Shown here: in pieces, positions 52,581 through 64,000 of the stretch | Layout of the letters: each line of letters begins with the position of its first letter | Numbering within the stretch: position 1 is the first letter of the stretch | Origin: Nemertoderma westbladi | Lineage: Eukaryota > Animalia > Xenacoelomorpha | Length of the DNA stretch: 64,000 bases | Reading direction: 5' to 3' | Assembly: GCA_032718475.1 (NCBI GenBank) | Contig: JAUCBJ010001861.1 | Location: 124,001-188,000 of the forward strand | Notes under the pieces: generated by a model | Databases searched by the model: none | Told to the model about the DNA's origin: nothing | Seen by the model: only the letters and a program-made list of their open reading frames with translations | Translations under genes and position numbers: made by a program

Positions 52581-52728
52581 CTTGGAATGGAATGATTGGC
52601 TTGAGTAACCGTCTCGCGATGCTCTATAAACTAACTTCCATTGCTGTGTGAGATTCCCGTACCAAAGGCCCAGCTGCCGCTGTAGATGACGTCGCTTTCC
52701 TGACAGAATATCTGTATCGTGAAACATT
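52581..52728 (-). CDS. BTB-BACK-TLDc gene exon (start of TLDc)
   Basis: tgtag|...|gtacat; MFHDTDILSG...WKLVYRASRDGYSSQSFHSK matches the TLDc W.L.YR.S.DG.S...FH motif. Confidence 0.9.
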
Positions 52729-53064
52729 CTACAACAAAAGAGAATAATTATAGAAGCAAATCGAGTAGAAAATTAACTGGAACTCTACCGGTTGTTATGC
52801 GATGACCACACAATATGTTAAAACGTAATATGGTAACCAAAACAATGTAAGCAATCATAGATCAGCTGTCAGCAGTCGTGGGAAGGTTTCACTCCACAAT
52901 GGAAGGCGCTTTCAGGAGGCTAATCTAGAGACTGATATCAGGGTGAAATCCATAAGAGGGAAAAAAAGACGCAAATATATCTTGGACCGAGTTGGGGTCG
53001 AAGGAAGAGAGATAACGTGAAGTTGTGCCTGTGGTTGGTTATGTTAACATTAATTATTAATAAC

Positions 53065-53308
53065 CTGTAAATTAATCGCGGTCTAATCCTTGGGTCTCCG
53101 GCTATGTTGCGTATTTCGATCGGAATCACTTCTAACTTGTACCGCTCCAATGCGATCTCCTTGGGTATAAGTCGTGTCGGTTCGACCTCACCGGCAAACA
53201 CATTGCTGTCGATAAGTAGAAAGCGAATCAACGGCAATACGTCGGTGAGAAGTTCCGACATTCGTATTCTGTTTTCGTCAGTCCAATGACTGGGATGGTT
53301 GTGAACCC
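53065..53308 (-). CDS. BTB-BACK-TLDc gene exon (end of BACK and linker)
   Basis: tttaag|...|gttatt; LLTDVLPLIRFLLID...VEPTRLI...PR; phases match the neighbouring exons. Confidence 0.85.
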
Positions 53309-53474
53309 CTTAAAGAAGAATTCGGTTACTCAGCTTAATGTTTTATTTTCTACAAGGATCTTTTGATCACAAATATATCGTTTTCTCCCCAACTCGATTA
53401 ATGTTTTATTTTAGTTTCCTATCATGAAGATTTTTGGATTAGACATCGCCAAGTGGGATGAGTCCAGTAGACTA

Positions 53475-56400
53475 ACTAACCTAACAGATGGGTAACCCAT
53501 ACCAGTACACTAACCTAACTGCTGGGTAACCCATCCCAGTACACACTAACCAAACTGATGGGTAACCCATCCCAGTGCACTAAATTAACTGATGTGTAAC
53601 CCATCCCAGTACACACTAACCTAACTGCTGTGTAACCCATCCCAGTACACGCTAACCTAACTGCTGGGTAACCCATCCCAGTACTCTAACCTAACTGATG
53701 GGTAGCCCATCCCAGTACACTAAATTAACTGATGTGTAACCCATCCCAGTACACACTAACCTAACTGCTGGGTAACCCATCCCAGTACACACTAACCTAA
53801 CTGTTGGGTAGACCATCCCAGTACACTAACCTAACTGATGGGTAACCCATCCCAGTACACTAAATTAACTGATGTGTAACCCATCCCAGTACACACTAAC
53901 CTAACTGCTGGGTAACCCATCCCAGTACACACTAACCTAACTGCTGGGTAACCCATCCCAGTACACTAACCTAACTGATGGGTAACCCATTCTAGTACAC
54001 ACTAACCTAACTGTTGGGTAACCCATCCCAGTACACACTAACCTAACTGATGGGTAACCCATCCCAGTACACTAAATTAACTGATGTATAACCCATCCCA
54101 GTGCACACTAACCTAACTGCTGGGTAACCCATCCCAGTACACACTAACCTAACTGCTGGGTAACCCATCCCAGTACACTAACCTAACTGATGGATAACAC
54201 ATTCCAGTACACACTAACCTAACATATGGGTAAGACATCCCAGTACACTAACCTAACTGATGGGTAACCAATCCCAGTACACACTAACCTAACTGATGGG
54301 TAACCCATCCCAGTACACACTAACCTAACTGCTGGGTAACCCATCCCAGTACACTAACCTAACTGATGGGTAACCCATTCCAGTACACACAAACCTAACT
54401 GATGGGTAACCCATCCCAGTACACACTAACCTAACTGATGGGTAACCCATCCCAATACAGACTAACCTAACTGCTGGGCAACCCATCCCAGTACACACAA
54501 ACCTAACTGTTGGGTAACCCATCCCAGTACACACTAACCTAACTGCTGGGTAACCCATCCCAGTACATACTAACCTAACTGTTGGGTAGCCCATCCCAGT
54601 ACACTAACCTAACTGTTGGGTAGCCCATCCCAGTACACTAACCTAACTGCTGGGTAGCCCCTCCCAGTACACTAACCTAACTGTTGGGTAGCCCATCCCA
54701 GTACACTAACCTAACTGTTGGGTAGCCCATCCCAGTACACTAACCTAACTGTTGGGTAGCCCATCCCAGTACACTAACCTAAATGATGGGTGGCCCATCC
54801 CAGTACACTAACCTAACTGTTGGGTAGCCCATCCCAGTACACTAACCTAAATGATGGGTAGCCCATCCCAGTACACTAACCTAACTGATGGGTAGCCCAT
54901 CCCAGTACACTAACCAAACTGTTGGTTAGCCCATCCCAGTACACTAACCTAACTGTTGGGTAGCCCATCCCAGTACACTAACCTAACTGTTGGGTAGCCC
55001 ATCCCAGTACACTAACCTAACTGTTGGGTAGCCCATCCCAGTACACTAACCTAAATGATGGGTGGCCCATCCCAGTACACTAACCTAACTGATGGGTAGC
55101 CCATCCCAGTACACTAACCTAACTGATGGGTGGCCCATCCCAGTACACTAACCTAACTGATGGGTGGCCCATCCCAGTACACTAACCTAACTGTTGGGTA
55201 GCCCCTCTCAGTACACTAAACTATAACTCTTTGAGTTGATGCCCATATGAGGGATATTAGGCAAACATATGAGGCACGTTGAGCGTGACACTGTGAAACC
55301 AATGGAAGGGCCTCTGACCGAGCCATTAGCTGCTGGATGGTGTCTGTTTCCGCTCACTGCCAGAGTGGATAAATCTGTCTCCCTTTCCACGAGGGAGGAT
55401 AATATATTGTTGGGGAACACGTTGGCCTACGTCTAAAGCTGCGGTCACGGCTGTCTGGGCACTCTGTGCAAGGAAAGGGATTAACTGGAAGTTGGGTTTG
55501 ATCAGATAGCGTAATGCAGGTCTCCACATGTTGCACCCACAGGTATTAGTCCGAAGGACTCGTGCCCAAGGCTTCCTGTGGGTTCAGGTTCTGTCAGTCC
55601 GAGGGACCTTGTGCCTAAGGCGTTTTCCTGGATAGTATTTCGGGTAAATAGAGTGTGAGGGCTTGGATGAGTGCGCAAGCTGTCTCAGTCTCTAACAACT
55701 CCGAGGTGACCCCACAAACTGGTAGCAAACTGCGATGTAGCAACCTGCGCGTAAGTCGGTTTAACGTGCCACTTGGACAAGGACAGTGGTTAAATTGCGG
55801 CACCAGGATGTGAGGTATTGACTACACCTCCGCATTAAAGACGTTGACCCTTCGGGGAATCCCTCCATGATACTGAAGTAATGCGTAGAAAGTCCAACCG
55901 CCCACCTCCCTGTGGTAAGAGTTGGTAATAGGATTGGCACTCCTAGCAAAGCGGCGGCAATGGCACAAGGACAGAGGTGTTCATCCAACCATGGTAACTT
56001 CATTAGTTAACATGAGAGTCTATGTTGATATGGGAGTTATGCTCGGGGTCGTGTGTGTTTGGCTGCCCACTGAGTCCTACCCGTGGCTCAGTGGTCTACA
56101 GCCTCTCACATGTGGCCCCAGTCTCGAGCCGCGATTACTGCTGATAACCTATAACCTAGCTGTTAGATTTACAGCTCTAGGCGGTCGTTGGATTAGATAG
56201 CTCCTCGCTTGGGGTCTACGGTTCGTGGTCACTGCATCATCCACGGTTACGTAGTTAACTCGATTGCGGTCTGGCAAGAGTGACAGCCACACTTGCCCAG
56301 TCAGTAGAGCCAGTCAAGGGGGTCACATCTGTTGAATGGAACGTAGGGAGGTCCTGAGCTATAGCACACTGCCCTTTAAACACACCAGTGTGCACCTCCA

Positions 56401-57381
56401 ACTGCAGTAGTAGCATATTGCCGACCTGCAATACGGTAATTCCAACGTAAAGCCGAGTCTGGTGAACTATGCTCCACTAGGGTTGACATCTGACCCACGC
56501 ACTCAATGGGATCCTGCCATACCAGAGCACAACACTAGCTGGTATGCCCATATGAGACACCGCATGTGGCAGCGAAATCTACACACCCGGAAACGACACC
56601 AACACCAACTGTGTTAAGGTGCATGTTTGGAAGCGTGTCGAGGGGCGGAGCGTATACCAGGTGAAATTCGAGTGCTCTTAGTAACGGCAGGTGGCTCTGC
56701 CGTCGTTCTGACGGTTTGGCAAATCAGGGGAACGGCGGTGAGTAACTATGACTCTCTTAAGGTGGCCCATCCCAGTACACTAACCTAACTGTTGGGTAGC
56801 CCCTCTCAGTACACTAACCTAACTGTTGGGTAGCCCATCCCAGTACACTAACCTAACTGTTGGGTAGCCCATCCCAGTACACTAACCTAACTGTTGGGTA
56901 GCCCATCCCAGTACACTAACCTAACTGATGGGTGGCCCATTCCAGTACACTAACCTAACTGTTGGGTAGCCCCTCCCAGTACACTAACCTAACTGTTGGG
57001 TAGCCCCTCCCAGTACACTAACCTAACTGATGGGTGGCCCATCCCAGTACACTAACCTAACTGTTGGGTAGCCCCTCCCAGTACACTAACCTAACTGATG
57101 CGTGGCCCATCCCAGTACACTAACCTAACTGATGGGTGGCCCATCCCAGTACACTAACCTAACTGATGGGTGGCCCATCCCAGTACACTAACCTAACTGA
57201 TGGGTGGCCCATCCCAGTACACTAACCTAACTGTTGGGTAGCCCATCCCAGTACACTAACCTAACTGTTGGGTAGCCCATCCCAGTACACTAACCTAACT
57301 GTTGGGTAGCCCATCCCAGTACACTAACCTAACTGTTGGGTAGCCCATCCCAGTACACTAACCTAACTGATGGGTGGCCCA
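53475..57381. repeat. Intronic minisatellite with a 34/36-bp unit spanning the exon/intron junction; interrupted at 55220-56760
   Basis: Unit GGT(A/G)GCCCATCCCAGTACACTAACCTAACTG(A/T/C)TG; roughly 65-70 copies; the last copy runs into the exon at 57363. Confidence 0.98.
55220..56760 (+). mobile_element. 1.54-kb insertion bracketed by 28S rDNA R2-target-site sequence; putative non-autonomous retroelement mobilised by R2
   Basis: Right end AACGGCGG(T)GAGTAACTATGACTCTCTTAA|GG; left end ACTATAACTCTTTGAG; 57-bp TSD (55163-55219 = 56761-56817); no long ORF. Confidence 0.65.
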
Positions 57382-57569
57382 CTGCATTACGGCTCTCCAT
57401 ATGTCTTCTTCCTCTAACCCAATCTCATCCGCTTGAATCAACGTGATTAGCGCGTCTTTAGAAAGGCAATTCCATGAAGAATTGGGGCCAATAATATTAT
57501 GAATGTTTTTGTAAATAAACTTTATGATATGATCAACCATTGTATTCTCTATTGTCGGCATACATGATC
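57363..57569 (-). CDS. BTB-BACK-TLDc gene exon (BACK)
   Basis: tttag|...|gttagt; WNCLSKDALITLIQADEIGLEEEDIWRAVMQWA. Confidence 0.9.
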
Positions 57570-58472
57570 CTAAATTATAAATCAGTTTCACTTACAATAA
57601 ATTAGGACTAATGTGTCCCTAATGTAATCACGTACTACTACTACGTAGGCATGCCTACATGTGAATAGAGTAAAACATAAAAATAGAAAAATACATTAAA
57701 TAGAGTAAAATATTGAGTAGAATAAATTGAACTGGAGTATTTTACTATATTGCTTTCATATAATTTGGGCTTCAAATTATTGTACTCTTCAACAAACTGA
57801 TGATGCCTTACTCAATGTTAAAATAATATAGTGTTCTCGAATATTTATTGCGTAACTAAGAGAGTCGCTTAACTACATAAACCAATAATGGATTGGATAT
57901 TGAGTTCCGTTTTAGACTTCGCCTTTTGACTGTGTGAATGGATTTTGATCAAATTATGTGCAACCATTTTCTCAAATGCTCTTTCAACAGATGCAATTCA
58001 ATTTAAGTATTTCCACCAAAAATATTTACTTTTTCGCCGGAAAAAAAGTAAAATTAATGCGAATCTATGGGTAACTTTTCTTCCCTATGGAAATAGTCCT
58101 TCTTTTCCTCCCGATTTTCGCATATATCCCGGCGAAAAAGTAATCAATTTAAGAATAATAAATATTATTAATGCATTTTATGGCGACTAATTTGTAATAA
58201 TTAAAAGCTATAATACAATTTATTTTTTAATAAAGTAAAAACAAGTAAAATCAAGTTCGTGTGTTTAAAACCCAATCGACGCTGTAAAGAAAAGTTGTAT
58301 CGATGGGAGAAATTTACCGCGTCGAAAATTCTTAAAATATCTGAAATAAGAAATAATAAACCTATTGAAAAAATTTATATTTATATCATGACCTATACTA
58401 ACCTACCTTATATCATAATAATACTGTAGCCAATATAGGAGAACGTATACGCGCAAGGTATTATTTGTTAAC

Positions 58473-58640
58473 CTGCTTGTCCTGTAAGTTTCATAGCAGC
58501 TGTAAGTAGATAACAGGCGTTCGCAGTATTCAGCATGGACAACATGTGACGCTCACAGGCTGAGTACAAATCTGGTATACCCAATTCTTGCGAGAGACCC
58601 AGACAGTTGAACACGTTGCTGTCCGTTACAGATATAATGC
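58473..58640 (-). CDS. BTB-BACK-TLDc gene exon (end of BTB)
   Basis: tattag|...|gttaac; GIISVTDSNVFNCLGLSQELGIPDLYSACERHMLSMLNTANACYLL. Confidence 0.88.
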
Positions 58641-59699
58641 CTAATATAAATATAGAAATAACGTCAGAATATAAATAATGCCTTTATTACCGAGTTATAG
58701 AGGATACAAAATGGATCTTTATAATATCCTGTCCATAAAGTGTGCCACTTATTAAGTTCCACCTTGGTGTAGTTGTTACAATGAATTTACAACTTTAAGG
58801 AGGTTCGATCCCAGCATTATTGGGGCAAGGGACTTTTCGTTTCGATACGAATGCTATAATAGGGCCTAGAGCCTAGACAGGGCGGATATCTGCCTTGCAC
58901 CATTAAATGGTAGCTAAATGGGTAGGCCTACCTACCAGTTTCCACTGGGTCGACCTTCTTTTATGGGTAGACCGCACTGGAAATACGTCGTCAGAATCTG
59001 TACGTAATCCTGGGGCGGCCGTATGCTTAGATGTAGTATAAACTATGGTAGTTCAATCTTGGTAGTTCTATCTAGACATAGTACTAACTTCGCGAGTAAG
59101 AACTAATGATATGCCCAGTCAATTTGTCAATAATAGTACTATCTAAAGTACGAACTACACCGGTAAAATGAACTTTTGTGGAATAGTGCCTTAATTGAGG
59201 TATCTCCACCCCCACGCCTTCCCCCTAAGTTGCCTACAAAACATAATTGGATATCTCAAAATTTGAAAGAAAGACTCCACGACCAGCTAGCTAATGGGTC
59301 ATTGAATCTTCATTTCAGCTTCCATGATTTTTCTGCTAAAAGCGTTTGATAGAGAAAGTGCCGGACTTCTCGTTGATATTATTATTACACCAGTCACACC
59401 GCAGTTATTCCTAGTCTATACTGGGATTTGTTGTTTCGATAGAAAGGTGAACTAACAATAAGGATTCCAAATGTCTAAATACATATGAATTTCGTTGAAA
59501 GATCGTTGAAATAATGGCGTTCGAAAGTTGCCTCTTTGGCATGGATGTGAGCAAGATCTTCTGCATCCATTAAATTATCAAACATTAGTGTCAGTGACTG
59601 AACATATGAACAAGTTCAAACTACCATAGTATGAACTACCCTAGTAACTACCCCTAGTACGAACTAAGTTGTTAAGAACCGAGTTAACTTATCTGAGAT

Positions 59700-60305
59700 C
59701 CACCCCCACCAACAAGGGCAACCTAACACTATTTGGATCCTTTCGTGGAATCTCACTGATCTCGATTGCTGCAAAGTTATACAATAGAATTATATTAAAT
59801 CGCATTAGGGATCCCATTGAGAAACTGCTCCGTGGAAATCAGAATGGAGCCCATTTTGGCACTTAGACGGATAATTGAAGAGTTATCAAAAAAGAAAGAC
59901 AGGCATCTGGCTGTTATCTTTGTTGACTTCTTCAAGGCCTTTGATTCAGTCTCTCGCTCACGTATATTCAGCATACTTTCATTATATGGGATTCCTGATG
60001 AAATTATTGCAGCAATCAGATCAGTATACGATGGTTAGACAACATTTGTGTCTACTGTTGACGGTAACACAGAACCATTTGAAGTGTTATGGGGCGTCCT
60101 CCAGGGAGACACACTTGCACCATTCTTGTTCAATAATTGTGGTTGATTATGTTCTACGCATGTCCTTAGATCATCATAATGATGACTGGGTGATGATAAC
60201 TCCAACTACTGGCTCCAGAAGTCGAGGAAATCCTGCCAAGTTCAAGTACCTAACTGATCTAGACTTTGCTGATGACTTAGGAGTACTCTCAGAATCACTA
60301 GGGAG
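59700..60305 (+). mobile_element. RTE-group LINE RT fragment (intronic)
   Basis: FRGISLISIAAKLYN, FVDFFKAFDS, GVLQGDTLAP and DLDFADD across frameshifts. Confidence 0.85.
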
Positions 60306-60734
60306 TCCATTCTGGGCAAACAATTTTATTTCTTTACAGAAACTTGGAACTGAGCCTACTCTTAACTTTCGAGAAAATAATTTTCACAGTGCTTTCTCCA
60401 GACAAGCAGTTATCCTAAAATGGCGCCTAAATATTATTTAACCTCTATTTTCTTTTCTTTCTTACATCCATTACTAGCTACTTTAGCTAATGACCAATCA
60501 AAATGCTTTCAGTCTTACTGTAGCGAAAAGCTAAACTAAAAACTCATTACATGATTCTAGTAATGTACTAAATCTTTGGGAAATAACGAAACTAGTTCAA
60601 TGTCATCAGCATATAAAATGTTTTTAAAATTGTTATCTATACCATTGAACATGGCACCTTATAAACATTATTGACACATTTCTTATTTTGAGACAAGTGC
60701 CCCTGTTGCTTCCATTAAGATTGTATTAACCTAC

Positions 60735-60886
60735 CTGTATACATATACCGTAGCACAATCTTAAACACATTAGCCGAGTACCCAGGTTGCGTCACTTTGA
60801 GGTATTTGTGAGGAGATTGCGACAGGTTTTGCAACATCTCATTCTTGTACATCTTATATTTTCGGCAGCGAGTGTAAACTATTAAT
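60735..60886 (-). CDS. BTB-BACK-TLDc gene exon (BTB core); upstream exons lie beyond the window
   Basis: attag|...|gtaggt; LIVYTRC...VFKIVLRYMYTG. Confidence 0.88.
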
Positions 60887-60931
60887 CTAATAATAAATAG
60901 CAAAAATGAAATAAGAATAAAATAGCCACAT

Positions 60932-63900
60932 GCTAACGGTAGGTCTTCGTGCTGATGGTCGGTTTCCGTGCTGACGGTAGGTCCTTGTGCTAATGGTAGG
61001 TCTCCGTGCTGATGTTAGGTCCTCGTGCTGACGGTAGGTCCTTGTGCTAATGGTAGGTCTCCGTGATGATGTTAGGTCCTCGTGCTGACGGTAGGTCCTT
61101 GTGCTAATGGTAGGTCTCCGTGCTGACGGTAGGACCTTGTGCTAATGGTAGGTCTCCGTGCTGATGTTAGGTCCTCGAGCTGATGGTAGGTCCTTGTGCT
61201 AATGGTAGGTCTCCGTGCTGACGGTAGGTCCTTGTGCTAATGGTAGGTCTCCGTGCTGATGTTAGGTCCTCGTGCTGACGGTAGGTATCCGTGCTGACGG
61301 TAGGTCTCCGTGCTGATGTTAGGTCCTCGTGCTGACGGTAGGTATCCGTGCTGACGGTAGGTCCCCGTGCTGACAGTAGGTATCCGTGCTGACGGTAGGT
61401 CCTCGTTGTGACGGTAGGTCCTTGTGCTGACGGTAGGTATCCGTGCTGACGGTAGGTCCTCGTTGCAACGGTAGGTCCTCGTGCTGACAGTAGGTCTCCG
61501 TGCTGACGGTAGGTCCCCGCGCTGACAGTAGGTATCCGTGCTGACAGAAGGTCCTCGTTGTGACGGTAGGTCCTTGTGCTGACGGTAGGTATCCGTGCTG
61601 ACGGTAGGACCCCGTGCTGACAGTAGGTATCCGTGCTGACGGTAGGTCCTCGTTGTGACGGTAGGTCCTCGTGCTGACAGTAGGTCTCCGTGCTGACGGT
61701 AGGTCCTTGTGCTAATGGTAGGTCTCCGTGCTGACAGTAGGTCCCCGTGCTGACAGTAGGTATCCGTGCTGACGGTAGGTCCTCGTTGTGACGGTAGGTC
61801 CTCGTGCTGACAGTAGGTCTCCGTGCTGACGGTAGGTTCTCGTGCTGACGGTAGGTCCTTGTGCTAATGGTAGGTCTCCGTGCTGACGGTAGGTCCTTGT
61901 GCTAATGGTAGGTATCCGTGCTGACGGTAGGTATCCGTGCTGACGGTAGGTCCTTGTGCTAATGGTAGGTCCTCTAGCTGACGGTAGGTCCTTGTGCTAA
62001 TGGTAGGTCTCCGTGCTGACGGTAGGTCCTTGTGCTAATGGTAGGTCTCCGTGCTGATGTTAGGTCCTCGTGCTGACGGTAGGTATCCGTGCTGACGGTA
62101 GGTCTCCGTGCTGATGGTAGGTCCTAGTGCTGACAGTAGGTCTCAGTGCTGAAGGTAGGTCCTTGTGCTGACGTTAGGTCTCCGTGCTGACGGTAGGTCC
62201 TCGTGCTGACGGTAGGACTCCATGCTGACTGTAGGTCCTCATGCTGACAGTAGGTTTCCGTGCTGACGGTAGGTCCTCGTGCTGACAGTAGGTCCTCGTG
62301 CTGACGTTAGGTCTCCGTGCCGACGGTAGGTCCTTGTGCTGACGGTAGATCTCCGTGCTGACGTTAGGTCCCCGTGCTGACAGTAGGTATCCGTGCTGAC
62401 GGTAGGACCTTGTGCTGATGGTAGGTCCTCGAGCTGACGGTAGGTCCGTGCTGACGGTAGGTCCTCGTGCTGATGGTAGGTCTCCGTGCTGATGGTAGGT
62501 CCTCGTGCTGACGGTAGGTCCTCGTGTTGATGGTAGGTCCTCGTTGTGACGGTAGGTCCTCGGTAAGTCCTCATGGTGACGGTAGGTCCTCGTGGTGATG
62601 GGAGGTCCTCGTGGTGACGGTAGGTCCTTGTGGTGACGGTAGGTCCTCGTGGTGAGGGTAGGTCCTCGTGGTGACAGTAGGTCCTCGGTAAGTCCTCGTG
62701 GTGACGGAAGGTCCTCGTGGTGACGGTAGGTCCTCATGGTGACGGTAGGTCTCCGTGCTGACGGTAGGTTCTCGTGCTGACGGTAGGTCCTCGTGGTGAC
62801 GGTAGGTCCTCGTGGTGACAGTAGGTCCTCGGTAAGTCCTCGTGGTGACGGAAGGTCCTCGTGGTGACGGTAGGTCCTCATGGTGACGGTAGGTCTCCGT
62901 GCTGACGGTAGGTCCTCGTGGTGATGGTAGGTCCTCGTGGTGATGGTAGGTCCTCGGCTGACTGTAGGTCTCCGTGCTGACGGTGGGTCCTCGTGCTGAC
63001 GGTAGGTCCTCGTGGTGACGGACGGTCTCCGTGCTGACGGTAGGTCCTCGTGCTGACATTACGTCTCCGTGCTGACGGTAGGTCCTCGTGCTTACGGTAG
63101 GACTCCATGCTGACTGTAGGTCCTCATGCTGACAGTAGGTTTCAGTGCTGACGGTAGGTCCTCGTGCTGACAGTAGGTCCTCGTGCTGACGTTAGGTCTC
63201 CGGGCTGACGGTAGGTCCCTGTGCTGACAGTAGGTCTCCGTGCTGACGATGGGCCCTCGTGTTGAGAAGTAGGTCCTCGTGCTGACTAGTACTAGGGTCG
63301 GCATGCTGCATTGCACCTGCATTTTTAAGAATGCTGTGCTGGCTTGTCGACAAAATTGCGCCTCCACTACTCCCTATCACCCATGACATTTGCTAGATCA
63401 TCCGCATCTTCAAGGCCAGTGTCCTTTAAGATGCGTCTCAAGAAAGTCATAGGCTGTCCACCATGCTTATTCACTCCATGAGGCTGCCAAAGTACAAGAT
63501 TATGTACTGGCTGGTCCTCACGGCGAAAGCAATATCCTGCAAAGCGGAGGCGATTTTGTTCTAGTGTCAAGCTTGGGGGAACCAATGCGACACCTCCAAT
63601 GTTATATAGTTTCTGGTTGGAGATGTGTGCATTGTACTTGACACAATGAACCCGGCGTAGCATTCTTGTGAATGTGCCATCCAGAGATTTGGTGTCCTCA
63701 GCAGTGAGAGCCCGTGCTGACGGTAGGTCCGTGCTGACGGTAGGTCCTCGTGGTGACGGTAGGTCCTCGTGGTGACGGTAGGTCCTTGTGGTGACGGTAG
63801 GTCCTTGTGGTGACGGTAGGTCCTCGTGGTGATGGTAGGTCCGTGCTGACGGTAGGTCCTCGTGGTGACGGTAGGTCCTCGTGGTAACGGTAGGTCCTCG

Positions 63901-64000
63901 TTGTGACGGTAGGTCCTCGTGGTGACGGTAGGTCCTTGTGGTGACGGTAGGTCCTCGTGGTGACGGTAGGTCCTCGTGGTGACGGTAGGTCCTCGTGGTG
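60932..64000. repeat. Intronic minisatellite with a 19-bp unit GGTAGGTCCTCGTG(C/G)TGAC, running off the window
   Basis: Direct reading; the spurious ORFs over it have a 19-aa (3 x 19 nt) period. Confidence 0.98.
63287..63712 (-). mobile_element. 5'-truncated RTE-group LINE 3' end inserted in the 19-bp satellite
   Basis: LDGTFTRMLRR...RLRFAGY..R......LVLWQP...DTGL...MGDRE; short CTAGTACTAGT tail. Confidence 0.85.

Noticed and set aside
55310-55490. HDV-like ribozyme on the minus strand (TCCTCCCTCGTGGA ... GCTAA)
   Set aside because: The P3/L3-like motif is present, but there is no G-initiated P1, no GG for P1.1 and only a weak P2.
56731-56767. 28S rRNA gene or group I intron exon junction
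   Set aside because: Only about 35 nt match 28S, the flanks are not rDNA, and I could not recognise group I core elements.
62174-63108. Repetitive ORFs (RGPTVSTRTYRQHEDLPSA)n
   Set aside because: They are translations of the 19-bp intronic satellite, with frequent frame breaks.

Overview
Repeat-rich animal (probably invertebrate) nuclear DNA; no prokaryotic features. 1-10.8 kb: a BEL/Pao LTR retrotransposon (gag, protease, RT, RNase H, integrase, DUF5641). After pol come two separate PPT + TG...CA modules that enclose an extra, frameshifted ORF with three zinc knuckles. 11-27 kb: a second BEL remnant on the minus strand, tRNA-derived SINEs, a foldback carrying tRNA-like heads, fragments of a multi-pass membrane gene, and 29-bp and 44-bp tandem arrays. 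28.5-35 kb: a PP2A B56 (PPP2R5D/C-like) gene and a tetraspanin, both with intronless CDS, separated by a solo LTR. 36-44 kb: three foldback MITEs, an RTE-group LINE and a CR1/L2-type RT fragment. 44-64 kb: a spliced minus-strand BTB-BACK-TLDc gene that I assembled by hand (6 exons plus a candidate cassette exon; its 5' end is outside the window); three of its introns each hold a different minisatellite. The most unusual feature is in one of these arrays. It is a tandem amplification of the exon's own 5' splice site that also resembles the 28S rDNA target of R2 retrotransposons. It carries a 1.54-kb insert that has 28S R2-target sequence at both ends and a 57-bp target-site duplication. All family assignments come from recalled motifs, not database searches, and copy numbers are approximate.
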